Positions 30,994-40,287 of a DNA stretch of 64,000 nt are shown piece by piece. The notes below the pieces were generated by a model. That model did no database searches. It saw only the letters and a program-made list of their open reading frames with translations, and was not told the origin of the DNA. The stretch lies in contig LCLX01000002.1 of assembly GCA_001002285.1 (NCBI GenBank), positions 67,827-131,826 of the forward strand, read 5' to 3'. The position numbers were made by a program, and so were the translations under genes. Positions within the stretch are counted from its first letter, which is position 1. Each line of letters starts with the position of its first letter. Source of the stretch: Microgenomates group bacterium GW2011_GWC1_46_15 (GTDB lineage Bacteria; Patescibacteriota; Microgenomatia; UBA1400; UBA12028).

Positions 30994-31215
30994 ATGGGCA
31001 AACCCGATACATCACAACGATCTGGAGAGGGGCAAAGAGGAAAAGATCGGTTGAAAGAAAAACTCGAAGTGAACATTCCTATTTACGAACATACAAGTCC
31101 GTTAGGAAAACCATGTCTAGGTTTTATTGGTACTCGGTACAAAACTGAGTTCGGAAAAGAAATCATCGTATGCGACGCATGTTCAAAAGAAGGCGTGATA
31201 AAAGAACTACTGTAA
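30994..31215 (+). CDS. Small hypothetical protein
   Basis: 73 aa, purine-rich upstream, H..C..CxxC; stop overlaps the queA start. Confidence 0.45.
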   Translation: MGKPDTSQRSGEGQRGKDRLKEKLEVNIPIYEHTSPLGKPCLGFIGTRYKTEFGKEIIVCDACSKEGVIKELL

Positions 31216-32288
31216 TGCTTACTCTCTCTGATTTTGATTACGTTTTACCCCAAGATCGCATTGCGCAAACACCGGCGCATCCGCGCGACCACAGCCGGTT
31301 GATGGTGGTAAACCGCAAACATGAAACCATCGACACGACCAACCATTTTTATGACCTCCCTTCTCTCCTCACCAAAAACGATGTGCTTGTGGTGAACAAC
31401 TCTAAAACGTTGCCCATGCGGACGTATGGAACCCGGCAAAGCGGTGGCAAAACAGAAGTGCTTTTTGTGAAACGGCTCGAGCTTCATTCAGAAAAAGAGG
31501 TGTGGGAAGTCATGACGAGTCCGGGATTAAAACCTGGGCAGGAAGTGCACTTTCAAAACACGCAGATGCACATTGTATGCACCGAAGACCTCGGATATAC
31601 ACGCAAAGTTGACGTGGTTGATTACGAGGGCTCGGTCATTGAAGTGCTCCATAAAATTGGCGAGCTCCCCACTCCCCACTATATCCGCAAGCATTTAGAC
31701 CATCCCGAAGAGTACCAAACGATCTACGCAAAGCCCGAAGGATCGTCCGCAACCCCTACCGCAGGTTTGCATTTCACTCAATCTATTTTTGATGAATTGA
31801 GTAAAAAAGGTATTCCGATTATTGAGCTCACACTGCACGTTGGGCTAGGAACTTTCCTCCCAGTCAAAACCGAAGATATCCAAAAGCATCACATGCACAG
31901 CGAGTGGTTTACATTGAGCAAAAAAAACGCCGAACAGCTCAATCAATATAAAGCGGAGGGGTGCCGGATCGTCGCGGTGGGGACAACAACGACACGGATT
32001 TTGGAAACTTGCGCCATTGTGCGACATGACAAAAAAGACGTCCTTACGCCACAAACTGGCGAAACATCGCTCTATCTGTATCCGCCGTATACGTTCAAGT
32101 GTGTTGACGCGCTCATCACAAACTTTCATCTGCCAAAGTCAACACTCCTCATGTTGGTTTCAGCATTTAGCGAACAGGGGAAGATATTTCATACGTTTAA
32201 GGAATCGTTAATCGGAAAAGCATACCAACAAGCGATTAAAGAAAACTTTAGATTCTTTTCGTTTGGAGACGCGATGGTGATTGAGTAG
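31215..32288 (+). CDS. queA: S-adenosylmethionine:tRNA ribosyltransferase-isomerase
   Basis: SDFDYVLP..IAQ, YQTIYA, TAGLHFT, LHVGLGTF, TNFHLPKS, RFFSFGDAM. Confidence 0.96.
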   Translation: MLTLSDFDYVLPQDRIAQTPAHPRDHSRLMVVNRKHETIDTTNHFYDLPSLLTKNDVLVVNNSKTLPMRTYGTRQSGGKTEVLFVKRLELHSEKEVWEVMTSPGLKPGQEVHFQNTQMHIVCTEDLGYTRKVDVVDYEGSVIEVLHKIGELPTPHYIRKHLDHPEEYQTIYAKPEGSSATPTAGLHFTQSIFDELSKKGIPIIELTLHVGLGTFLPVKTEDIQKHHMHSEWFTLSKKNAEQLNQYKAEGCRIVAVGTTTTRILETCAIVRHDKKDVLTPQTGETSLYLYPPYTFKCVDALITNFHLPKSTLLMLVSAFSEQGKIFHTFKESLIGKAYQQAIKENFRFFSFGDAMVIE

Positions 32289-32291
32289 TGG

Positions 32292-33008
32292 TTACTGCTC
32301 CACCCGCACGTCATGCAACCAAATCTTTGGCGGACGGGAAAGCATAAATACAATCACATCGGCGAGGTCAGCAGGATCGGTGAACTTCTCCAATTTCTCT
32401 GCCGAAAACTTCTCACCGGTTTTCATAAACATGTCGGTGCGCGTACCGCTTTGATACACACTCGCTACACGAACATGTGATCCATGTAGATCTGTTTTCA
32501 ACACTTCGGTAAATCCAGCCATTCCCCATTTACTCGCAGAATATATCGTCTGCCCCTCTTGCGCCGTCACACCGGATTTTGAAATCACATTGATAATCGC
32601 CGCCTCTTTTTGTTTTTTAAGCGCCGGCAACAATAAGCGCGTGAGGTGAATCTGCGCGGTAAGATTGGTCTGAATGACCTCGTCCACAACGCCTTCCTCT
32701 AGTTCTTCGAGTGGCATCTTTTTCTGCCAAATGCCCGCATTGTTAATCAAGACATCGACGCCTCCAAACTCGTGAAGAATCCGGCCAACAACTTCCTTTA
32801 TCATAGAAAGGGACCGAAGATCACACACATATAACTTTGCCTTGGGCGATCCTGCCTCGTTGGCTTCTTTTTCAACTGCCGTAAGCCGTTCGGTGTTCCT
32901 ACCAAGAATTGCAACGTGTACGCCTTGGGTAGCAAGTTTCAGCACAATCTGTCTGCCGATTCCATCGCTTCCGCCGGTTACAACTGCAACTTTATGTTTG
33001 AGTGTCAT
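32292..33008 (-). CDS. Short-chain dehydrogenase/reductase
   Basis: TGGSDGIG, NNAG, YSASK. Confidence 0.93.
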   Translation of the reverse strand: MTLKHKVAVVTGGSDGIGRQIVLKLATQGVHVAILGRNTERLTAVEKEANEAGSPKAKLYVCDLRSLSMIKEVVGRILHEFGGVDVLINNAGIWQKKMPLEELEEGVVDEVIQTNLTAQIHLTRLLLPALKKQKEAAIINVISKSGVTAQEGQTIYSASKWGMAGFTEVLKTDLHGSHVRVASVYQSGTRTDMFMKTGEKFSAEKLEKFTDPADLADVIVFMLSRPPKIWLHDVRVEQ

Positions 33009-34245
33009 ATGCTGATGATATCACCCGCACCCACTTTTGGAATGTATTCCCCTTATCTTCAAAATCCTTCCACAGTGAATAGCTGGGGCTAGCGGTAGAA
33101 AGCAGGCACGACTTCCCTTTCGCGGTGTGCGTATACGCGAACTTGACTGCCTCTTCCATACTTTTTGTTTCCAGAATGTTGAGTTGGCGGCCGCAGTGGT
33201 GTTTGAGTGCTTCCGCTATGCGCGCGCCGGTATCGGGAAACAACACAACGTTGTGGATGCCCGCCCCGCAAACTTTTTCGGCCAGCTTGTCAAACTCTAG
33301 ACCGCGGTCCGTTCCACCCAAAAAAATGGTATCTACATCGCCCAGCGTATCAATAGCGTACATGGTTGGTTCGGGAGCGGTTGCGATTGCGTCGTCATAC
33401 CATTTGATCCCGCCAAACTCTCCGACAAACTGCATGCGGTGCGGAAGTGGTTCAAATGCAAGCACGGTGGTATGAATAACATCCATCGGTACATCAAATA
33501 ACTGCGCAACAGTAACCGCTGCGCGGATATCCTCTTCGTTATGTTTCCCCCGCAACGCGCTGGAACCCCAATCAAACGAAACTTTTTTAACAAACGGAAT
33601 GGCGTGGGCTTTTGTGCGAAGCGCTAAGTCTGCAATACGTTGATGTGCGCTGTTGTATACAAAACTGTCACCGGACTGCGCGTGCGCCACAATGCGTGAC
33701 TTTGCCGCGAAGTACTGCTCCAACCCGCCGTGGTAATCCAGATGCTCCGGGAATACATTCAAAAATACAGAGATGTTCGGCGAGTACGCCAAATCTTCGA
33801 GTTGATAACTGGAAAGTTCCAACACAAAAATCATATCGTCTAACACGGGTTCCATAAGTTCTGTGAGCATGGGTTTGCCAATATTCCCCGCCAACTTTAC
33901 GTGCTGGCCGGCAGCCTGCAAGATGCGGTAAATCAATGTTGTTGTTGTGCTTTTTCCCTTGCTTCCGGTAATCCCAATTGTTTTTGCACTCGCGGGAAGA
34001 TTGGCAAAAAAGAGGTTTGTCGCGGTGGTGTATGGAATTGTAACCAAACGTTTGGGAATACCGGGGGTTTTGATCGCCAAATCGTACTGTGCTTGGACTT
34101 CGAGATACTCGGGACCATCGGACTGGTCAGCCGTTCCAACAACCGCGTCAGGCACAAACTTTTTCAAAAAGGAGTGCGTGGCTTTGCCTTCTCTGCCATA
34201 CCCAAGAATTAAAATCCGCTTGCCGTGGAGTTCTTCGATCTTCAT
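32992..34245 (-). CDS. murD: UDP-MurNAc-L-Ala:glutamate ligase (MurD2-type)
   Basis: LGYGREG, GITGSKGKSTT, ELSSYQL, EHLDYH; ATGA-coupled to murL. Confidence 0.9.
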   Translation of the reverse strand: MKIEELHGKRILILGYGREGKATHSFLKKFVPDAVVGTADQSDGPEYLEVQAQYDLAIKTPGIPKRLVTIPYTTATNLFFANLPASAKTIGITGSKGKSTTTTLIYRILQAAGQHVKLAGNIGKPMLTELMEPVLDDMIFVLELSSYQLEDLAYSPNISVFLNVFPEHLDYHGGLEQYFAAKSRIVAHAQSGDSFVYNSAHQRIADLALRTKAHAIPFVKKVSFDWGSSALRGKHNEEDIRAAVTVAQLFDVPMDVIHTTVLAFEPLPHRMQFVGEFGGIKWYDDAIATAPEPTMYAIDTLGDVDTIFLGGTDRGLEFDKLAEKVCGAGIHNVVLFPDTGARIAEALKHHCGRQLNILETKSMEEAVKFAYTHTAKGKSCLLSTASPSYSLWKDFEDKGNTFQKWVRVISSAYDTQT

Positions 34246-35582
34246 ACACACTCCTTTGGAATATTCGGCGCGGGGTGTGAGGAAAAAAGTTCTTTTTCTA
34301 GTGGTGCGGGGTGAGAAAATTTCGGGGTCGCTTCATGTTCAAATAACGTCATCGCAGGCTCACCGGTAAACTCCTTGCGCATGCGGGCGCGCGAAAATGC
34401 CACCGCGGTTTCTTCCGGCGTTCCCACACACTCAAACGGCTTGACGTTGATCAGGCTAAGAAGTTCGCGGTACGTTGGTAGAAGTTTTGCATCAGCATAC
34501 AGGTCTTTGCCAAATATCTGCACTACTTCGGTCTTGGGTAAAAACGCCGCCAACAGCGCAAACACAAACGCGCACTTCGGACACTCGCCGCACCATAACT
34601 TCCCCTCAGGATTTTTACTTCCACGGTATGAAAAATTGCGGTTACAGCTCGAAAAATATGGAAAGTATACGCGGCCCGTTTCCACAAACCGCCGTGCAAT
34701 CTCAATTTCATAGTATGGCCGGAGGAGTGAGAAGATTTTGAGGTCTTTCGCGATGTACTGCTCAACATATGCTTGCAGTAGATGTTCGAACTCCTCGGAC
34801 TTACTCCACTGGTGGTTGATTGTCTCACCCAAGTACTCCACATTTCCGTAGCTTGCGCTTTTCTCGTTTGACAGCACAACCGCGTTGTAGCCAAACAACA
34901 CTGCAGAAGTGAGATATATAAACGAGTGGATCGCGGTCATCGGAACGTGGCCGTCATATGCTTTGCCGGATTTGATTACATCAAACAGTTTTGGATCGAG
35001 CGTGCGGTGCACTTCGTAGAACGGCGCGCCGATATGTTGAGTAAGATTTGTGTGCAACGGATGCGGGTTTGTTACCCACACGTCAAATAGTATGTGGCGC
35101 GTTTTCAGCATCTCAGCAGAAACAAGTGAGTCTTTTCCCCCACCGAGCGGGAGCAGGGCCCGGGTTGGCAACTCACGAGATTGCGCTGCAAACTCTTTTT
35201 TGTTTTCATGCGGAAACTGCACAAGCTCATGGTAGTCAATATGATTTTTGTAGAAAAACTCCCCAAGGCCTTTGGTATACACCGTGTTCCAAAAATCGGC
35301 CTGATGTTTTGTGAGTGTAAAGCCGTTGAGATGCATATCACGCGGACAGTACAGCTTCCAGTAGCTGATCCCCAACATGAGGTGCAGAGATTGAAACGCA
35401 AGGTGAACAGCGGGATGAGAAGACGCGTTTACTGCCTCAAGTTGCCTTGGAAACTGGATCTGTTCCCGATATGTTTCGCTTGTCCCATCAGCAAACTCAA
35501 CGATGTATGAAAATGTGTACGTCCGATCCTCTTCATTATGCTGAATATGATCAAACACAAACCTGGAGGAGACTCTTCTCAT
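34242..35582 (-). CDS. murL: UDP-MurNAc-L-Ala-L-Glu epimerase
   Basis: ISYWK, GGGKDS, NHQWSKS, FSSCNRNF, WCGECPKC, KPFECVG. Confidence 0.85.
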   Translation of the reverse strand: MRRVSSRFVFDHIQHNEEDRTYTFSYIVEFADGTSETYREQIQFPRQLEAVNASSHPAVHLAFQSLHLMLGISYWKLYCPRDMHLNGFTLTKHQADFWNTVYTKGLGEFFYKNHIDYHELVQFPHENKKEFAAQSRELPTRALLPLGGGKDSLVSAEMLKTRHILFDVWVTNPHPLHTNLTQHIGAPFYEVHRTLDPKLFDVIKSGKAYDGHVPMTAIHSFIYLTSAVLFGYNAVVLSNEKSASYGNVEYLGETINHQWSKSEEFEHLLQAYVEQYIAKDLKIFSLLRPYYEIEIARRFVETGRVYFPYFSSCNRNFSYRGSKNPEGKLWCGECPKCAFVFALLAAFLPKTEVVQIFGKDLYADAKLLPTYRELLSLINVKPFECVGTPEETAVAFSRARMRKEFTGEPAMTLFEHEATPKFSHPAPLEKELFSSHPAPNIPKECV

Positions 35583-35628
35583 ACGGCTATTGTACACTTG
35601 AGAGGCGCTGGTGCACTACCTCGGAATT

Positions 35629-35886
35629 TTAGATTGCGCTCGGAGTTTCTGCAGTCATGTTGATAATTGTTATACCAACCCGCTGAAAAGCACTTCTGAT
35701 TTTTCCTTCAATATCTTCAGGTAATTCCATACTCTTCTCATAAACAGTTCCTGCCGTTGTTAACAAGACGTGACCTTTTATTTCCATTATCATGGTTAAT
35801 TCCGTTGCTATTGATATTTGAACAATGTCAGATTCAGACCATCCTTGTTCTGTATTTGTTTCTATATGAAATCGTTTTACACTCAT
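35629..35886 (-). CDS. Hypothetical protein
   Basis: 85-aa AT-rich ORF with strong SD AAGGAGG. Confidence 0.55.
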   Translation of the reverse strand: MSVKRFHIETNTEQGWSESDIVQISIATELTMIMEIKGHVLLTTAGTVYEKSMELPEDIEGKIRSAFQRVGITIINMTAETPSAI

Positions 35887-35924
35887 CGTCCTCCTTTGTT
35901 TATTTCCGCCATTCTACCACTTCT

Positions 35925-36710
35925 CTACGTATTTTCCAGCTGTATCAACACTTTTTTGAGGTCTGGGGCTAGCTCGGCGGTATACTCCATCCGTTTCCCC
36001 GTCTGTGGGTGCATAAACACTAACCGCTCGGCGTGGAGAAACTGCCGCGGGCACCATTCCCAGTCTATCCGTGACCGCTTGCGGCCCACATACTTGAGAT
36101 CGCCAACCAGCGGGTGTTTGATGTGCGCCATGTGTACGCGGATTTGGTGGGTACGGCCAGTTTTTGGGTGTAAGCGTAGATACGTGAATCCCTGGTACGA
36201 CTTGGCTTTTTTCTGTGGGACTGTCGCTGGCGGATGCGGAAAAAACTCCAGTACTTCATACGCCGTCTCACTCATCTTGCCTTCAGGGTCAACAGTAAAT
36301 CGTTCCCGGTCCCCCGTGCTGCGCCCCAGGGGTAGCCGCACGATTCCGCTCTGCGTGGAAAATTTTCCGTGCGCCAATGCGAGATATGTTTTCTCGGTCT
36401 CCCGCTCGCAGAACTGGCGCATCAACTCGGCTAAACTTAACGGGTCTTTTGCAAACACCATGACGCCGCTCGTGTCCTTATCTAGCCGGTGCACCATACC
36501 AGAACGGTTGGTATACAACTCCTGTAGTTCCGACGTCATTTCAGGTTTACACACGCCACCGCGAGCCCAACTTGCGTACCACGGCCGGGACTCCATCCAA
36601 TCCTGCAGTGTTTCCCCGCGGACCGTTTCCGCGCGGTTTACCACAACCCTGTCGGGCTTATTAATGACAACAATGGAATCATCTTCAAACAGTATTGGAA
36701 TCTCGAGCAT
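35925..36710 (-). CDS. RluA/RluD family pseudouridine synthase (no S4 domain)
   Basis: Start MLEIPILFED; INKP, VHRLDKDTSG, TGRTHQIRVH, LHA. Confidence 0.93.
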   Translation of the reverse strand: MLEIPILFEDDSIVVINKPDRVVVNRAETVRGETLQDWMESRPWYASWARGGVCKPEMTSELQELYTNRSGMVHRLDKDTSGVMVFAKDPLSLAELMRQFCERETEKTYLALAHGKFSTQSGIVRLPLGRSTGDRERFTVDPEGKMSETAYEVLEFFPHPPATVPQKKAKSYQGFTYLRLHPKTGRTHQIRVHMAHIKHPLVGDLKYVGRKRSRIDWEWCPRQFLHAERLVFMHPQTGKRMEYTAELAPDLKKVLIQLENT

Positions 36711-37101
36711 GCCACAATTGTACACTAATCCAGATAAGGGACAGTGTAATGCCCCAATCGGCAATATTATTATTGAGATGTAAAAATGGAATGGGAAGCC
36801 AATCGCGCACCCCGCCAAAGATGATACGGTCCACAAGGTTCGACGTGGCAGATCCAATCAGCACGCCCCACTCAATGGGAAACTGTCGGCCGATACTGTG
36901 ATACCCCGCAATCGCTAACACCAATAAAAATATGCTCAGCACAAAAATCAGCGGAAAACCGTTCAATAATCCAAATGAAATACCGCGGTTTATTTCGACA
37001 TAAACTCCCCTGCTCTGCACGAGAAATTTTGAACCCTGATCTACTCCAAGAAAAATGGCTGCGGTCACACTACATAAAAAGAGATTACGATTTTTGGACA
37101 T
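36685..37101 (-). CDS. lspA: Lipoprotein signal peptidase
   Basis: DQGSK, NRGISFG, NLVDR, VRDW, NNIAD. Confidence 0.85.
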   Translation of the reverse strand: MSKNRNLFLCSVTAAIFLGVDQGSKFLVQSRGVYVEINRGISFGLLNGFPLIFVLSIFLLVLAIAGYHSIGRQFPIEWGVLIGSATSNLVDRIIFGGVRDWLPIPFLHLNNNIADWGITLSLIWISVQLWHARDSNTV

Positions 37102-37432
37102 TGCGGGTTGCCGTGGGATCAACGAGCAAACGTTCAACAGGAATCGGTTCGCCCGTTTCACTGTCAACACCATACGTTCCTTCATCCATATGCTTGAGCG
37201 CGGTATCAACACGCGCCAACGAGTCATTCACCTGGTTGCCGAACACTTCGCTGGAAATAATGGCGACTTCTTCACTCGCATCCGCATCCGGACTCGCGTT
37301 GTCATTCACGCGGGTTGTATCGTTCACCGGATTTTCCTCATCTACACCTGCGCGAACGTTCGTGAGCTTCGCCCGCTGGTCAAGGAGCATCGTGCGGAGT
37401 TTCTCGAGTGTTTCTGAAGAGATGTGTTTCAT
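37085..37432 (-). CDS. DksA/TraR family protein lacking Cys
   Basis: Coiled coil then ALKHMDEGTYGVDSETGEPIPVERL..DP. Confidence 0.85.
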   Translation of the reverse strand: MKHISSETLEKLRTMLLDQRAKLTNVRAGVDEENPVNDTTRVNDNASPDADASEEVAIISSEVFGNQVNDSLARVDTALKHMDEGTYGVDSETGEPIPVERLLVDPTATRNVQKS

Positions 37433-37454
37433 ACCGGTGCAGTATAGAGGAATA

Positions 37455-38258
37455 CTAGGAGGCGTGTAAAGAAGAGTTCTTCTTTTTAAAGACAAAAAGG
37501 GTGTGGCCTGAGCGTGTATAGAGGAAAATCCCACCCGCTACCGCAATAAGCCCGCGCAGAATTCCTTCAACATGAATACCGTCAATCTTCACGAAAGAGG
37601 GTTGGAAGAATGCCAGTACTACACCAATAACGCCGTAGCCAATTAAAAAACATGAGAGCAGGAATCCCGGCTGGGCCGTGCGCTTGTTCGACCGATACCA
37701 CAAAAAGGTGCGGTATATGCTTTCTAATTTCCAAAGCGTAATGAAAAGCGCGATGTATAACACCGCCGCGTAGAGCTGAACCGGATGCCGTTTATCAAAC
37801 ACCCCGGGGAATGACATCCCGAACGGCAGTGTTGTAGGATTGCCAAATCCGCTTCCGTTTAAAAACATGCCGATTTGGATAAACACCAACGACACACTTA
37901 ACCCCACCGCTGCAAAATCAATTGTTTCATAGACGTTCCATTTTTTCCTGCGGGCGGAAACGATGAGCGATAGCAAGCCTCCAAGAATGCCCGCCATTCC
38001 TACATAGCCTGGATACGCAAACAATGAAAACCACCGGAATATATCCAAACCGAAATCCGGAAAATGCGCGAGCACAAATCCTAGTCGTGCACCAACTAAT
38101 CCCCAGAAGGCGGAGAGAATGACCGCATCCAATAATGCGGATTGATCGTAGTACTCCTCACTCCCCTTTTTCCAAAACACAAATGTGCCAGCCAAAAACG
38201 CCAGCACAAGAAACGGACCAAAAATAAGTACACGGAATAATGCGACGAGCTGATCCAT
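37455..38258 (-). CDS. lgt: Prolipoprotein diacylglyceryl transferase
   Basis: GARLGFV, IGMFLNG, RHPVQLY; multiple TM segments. Confidence 0.85.
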   Translation of the reverse strand: MDQLVALFRVLIFGPFLVLAFLAGTFVFWKKGSEEYYDQSALLDAVILSAFWGLVGARLGFVLAHFPDFGLDIFRWFSLFAYPGYVGMAGILGGLLSLIVSARRKKWNVYETIDFAAVGLSVSLVFIQIGMFLNGSGFGNPTTLPFGMSFPGVFDKRHPVQLYAAVLYIALFITLWKLESIYRTFLWYRSNKRTAQPGFLLSCFLIGYGVIGVVLAFFQPSFVKIDGIHVEGILRGLIAVAGGIFLYTRSGHTLFVFKKKNSSLHAS

Positions 38259-38366
38259 ATAGGGTAGTATACAGCACGGGTTGGCGATGACCGACGGCAA
38301 TGACCGGCAGCGATCGACAGCAGTGGCTTGATCTCTTATGTACCTTTCCGGTATACTTCCCAGGTT

Positions 38367-38813
38367 ATGCTATCAATCTCACACGCAGCAACCGGCGCGT
38401 TTCTCGCCGCAAAACTCCAAAACCCAGTGTTGTACATTCCTGCTATTCTTGCGTCACATTATCTTGAAGACTGGATTCTGCACTGGGACGTTGGAACAGG
38501 ATTGTCGAATGGGACGCGCAAACGGAGCCACGCGTTTGTGCTTGAGCTGATTGATCTTGTATTGGCGATTGGAGTTGTGTTTTTGATGTTCCGCGATTCT
38601 GCCGTTGGAGTTCAACCGCAGATTTATTTTGGCGCGTTTCTTGGCCTTCTCCCCGATTTTCTTGAAGCCCCACGGAATTTTTTCAACTGGAACCCGAAAT
38701 TTTTAAAACCACTGAATAGTTTTCACCACTCACTTCATCACTCAACACCGAATGTACTTCGCGGATTGATTCCGCAGGTTATTTTGCTTGCACTACTGTG
38801 GGCGATGAAATAA
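38367..38813 (+). CDS. Membrane metal-dependent hydrolase-like protein
   Basis: SHAATG, SHYLEDWILHWD, LPD, FHH motifs. Confidence 0.7.
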   Translation: MLSISHAATGAFLAAKLQNPVLYIPAILASHYLEDWILHWDVGTGLSNGTRKRSHAFVLELIDLVLAIGVVFLMFRDSAVGVQPQIYFGAFLGLLPDFLEAPRNFFNWNPKFLKPLNSFHHSLHHSTPNVLRGLIPQVILLALLWAMK

Positions 38814-39149
38814 ATGTGGTAATCTTGCCCCCGTTTGCCTTCTCCAGCGCTGTAATGTTCTTCGACTTATCTCCAATCTCCTTGCAAGCTCTCTTTCATT
38901 GCCCGCTTCAGCTAAAAGTTGTTCCAGCGTTTCCTTATCCGGAACTTCTTGAGGAATCCTTCCGGTAGGCCTTCTTTCAATCCCCCACCTTTTCATATCT
39001 GTATATACTCTAAATACGGAAACACCAAACTTTTTTGCTATTGCGGGAATGCTCATTTTTACTTTTTCATAGCACACACGAAGAAGCTCTGATGTATAGA
39101 GATTATCACTATCAATCTCAGTATTAGGGTGAGAATTTTCTGTAGACAT
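38793..39149 (-). CDS. Tandem helix-turn-helix protein
   Basis: SIPAIAKKFGVS and ERELARRLEISRRTLQRW HTH motifs. Confidence 0.7.
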   Translation of the reverse strand: MSTENSHPNTEIDSDNLYTSELLRVCYEKVKMSIPAIAKKFGVSVFRVYTDMKRWGIERRPTGRIPQEVPDKETLEQLLAEAGNERELARRLEISRRTLQRWRRQTGARLPHLFHRPQ

Positions 39150-39208
39150 TGCCGCTTATCATATCATGGGAAACACTACCGCTTTATGGTAAAATTCTCT
39201 CGATGAAC

Positions 39209-39291
39209 GCCGAGATGCTGGAATGGTATACAGTCCAGTCTCAAAAACTGGTGGGCGCAAGCCCATGAGGGTTCGACTCCCTCTCTCGGCA
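39209..39291 (+). tRNA. tRNA-Leu (CAA)
   Basis: GCCGAGA/TCTCGGC acceptor stem; anticodon stem CCAGT-ctCAAaa-ACTGG; variable arm GGGC-gcaa-GCCC; GGTTCGACTCC; CCA not encoded. Confidence 0.95.
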
Positions 39292-39295
39292 CTTT

Positions 39296-39994
39296 ATGGA
39301 CCGATTACCACACCAACCTCACAAGGTCGATGTTGCCATTAATATTGATGAAACTCTTTTACTGGAAAAGATATGGGCTAGTGTTCTTGGTCCCGAGCGA
39401 GAAAAGCTTGAATCTGAATGGCATTGGCGATATGCTCACACATTTATTAACTTCACTCTTCGCATACTTCAACACCAAGGAAAAATTTCTGATTCTTCAT
39501 TACTTTCCACACACAAAGAACAAACACTTCGGGGTTTATCTGTTTGCAGTATTGGAGGAACAGAAGCGTGCATTTTAGCTGCTCTCGGAGCACAAGCAAC
39601 CTGTATTGGACCTGAGCTTACTCATTTTCCTGCTCCAGAGAAAACAACCATTGTCCCGCATCGTCTTAATCCCGATATCGCTCAGCAATATGCCGAAGCA
39701 TTCGATGTCACGATGTCTCGCCGAGTTCTAGATTTTGGAAGCGGATTAGATAATAGCTCTTATCTTGGTCACCAAAGACATTACCTTTCTTTTCTCTTAT
39801 CTGCACTTGCAATGACAAAACTGAATGGGATCAGTGTTCACAGTATTAATCCAATCATTTTTGATGGTCAATTAGGAAGAAAAGGTGTTAGGGAAGATGT
39901 TGAAAAATACGCACGAATTTTAGAAACAGAAAAGGATTATGATGTTACATATTGTTTCACCCCGACTCAACACATTGAGGCGTCATCTATTTAG
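39296..39994 (+). CDS. Hypothetical, possibly degenerate SAM-methyltransferase fold
   Basis: LSVCSIGG and FDVTMSRRVL resemble class I MTase motifs; AT-rich. Confidence 0.45.
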   Translation: MDRLPHQPHKVDVAINIDETLLLEKIWASVLGPEREKLESEWHWRYAHTFINFTLRILQHQGKISDSSLLSTHKEQTLRGLSVCSIGGTEACILAALGAQATCIGPELTHFPAPEKTTIVPHRLNPDIAQQYAEAFDVTMSRRVLDFGSGLDNSSYLGHQRHYLSFLLSALAMTKLNGISVHSINPIIFDGQLGRKGVREDVEKYARILETEKDYDVTYCFTPTQHIEASSI

Positions 39995-40027
39995 TAAAAA
40001 GACTCCTACATTTGCTATACTGATTCC

Positions 40028-40261
40028 ATGCTCCGCACGATCTTCTCCCAGCTTTTCGATATTACCAGCATTTGGTTCTTTGTGTTCCAGTCCATTGTGT
40101 GGTTTGCGATTTGTCTTGGTGTCGTCGTGAGTATTGATGTTGCACGACCAGAACGGAGCTATGGAAAAACCAAGCAAAACCTTGGATTCTTGCTCTTGTT
40201 TATCGTCCTTTCGAGTAGCCTTCTCTATATTATGTTTGGAAGAACTGGCGCACGGGGGTAA
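40028..40261 (+). CDS. Small two-TM membrane protein
   Basis: Two hydrophobic helices; -10 TATACT 6 nt upstream. Confidence 0.55.
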   Translation: MLRTIFSQLFDITSIWFFVFQSIVWFAICLGVVVSIDVARPERSYGKTKQNLGFLLLFIVLSSSLLYIMFGRTGARG

Positions 40262-40287
40262 AATCCCGGGGATAAAACCCTATCTTT

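Noticed and set aside
35818-36783. 321-aa plus-strand ORF (and similar long antisense ORFs at 11221, 17622, 49972, 53822)
   Set aside because: These lie opposite well-supported genes and have no motifs of their own.
39182-39299. CTTTATGG direct repeat flanking tRNA-Leu as a target duplication
   Set aside because: Only 8 bp, no integrase, and not part of the tRNA 3' end.
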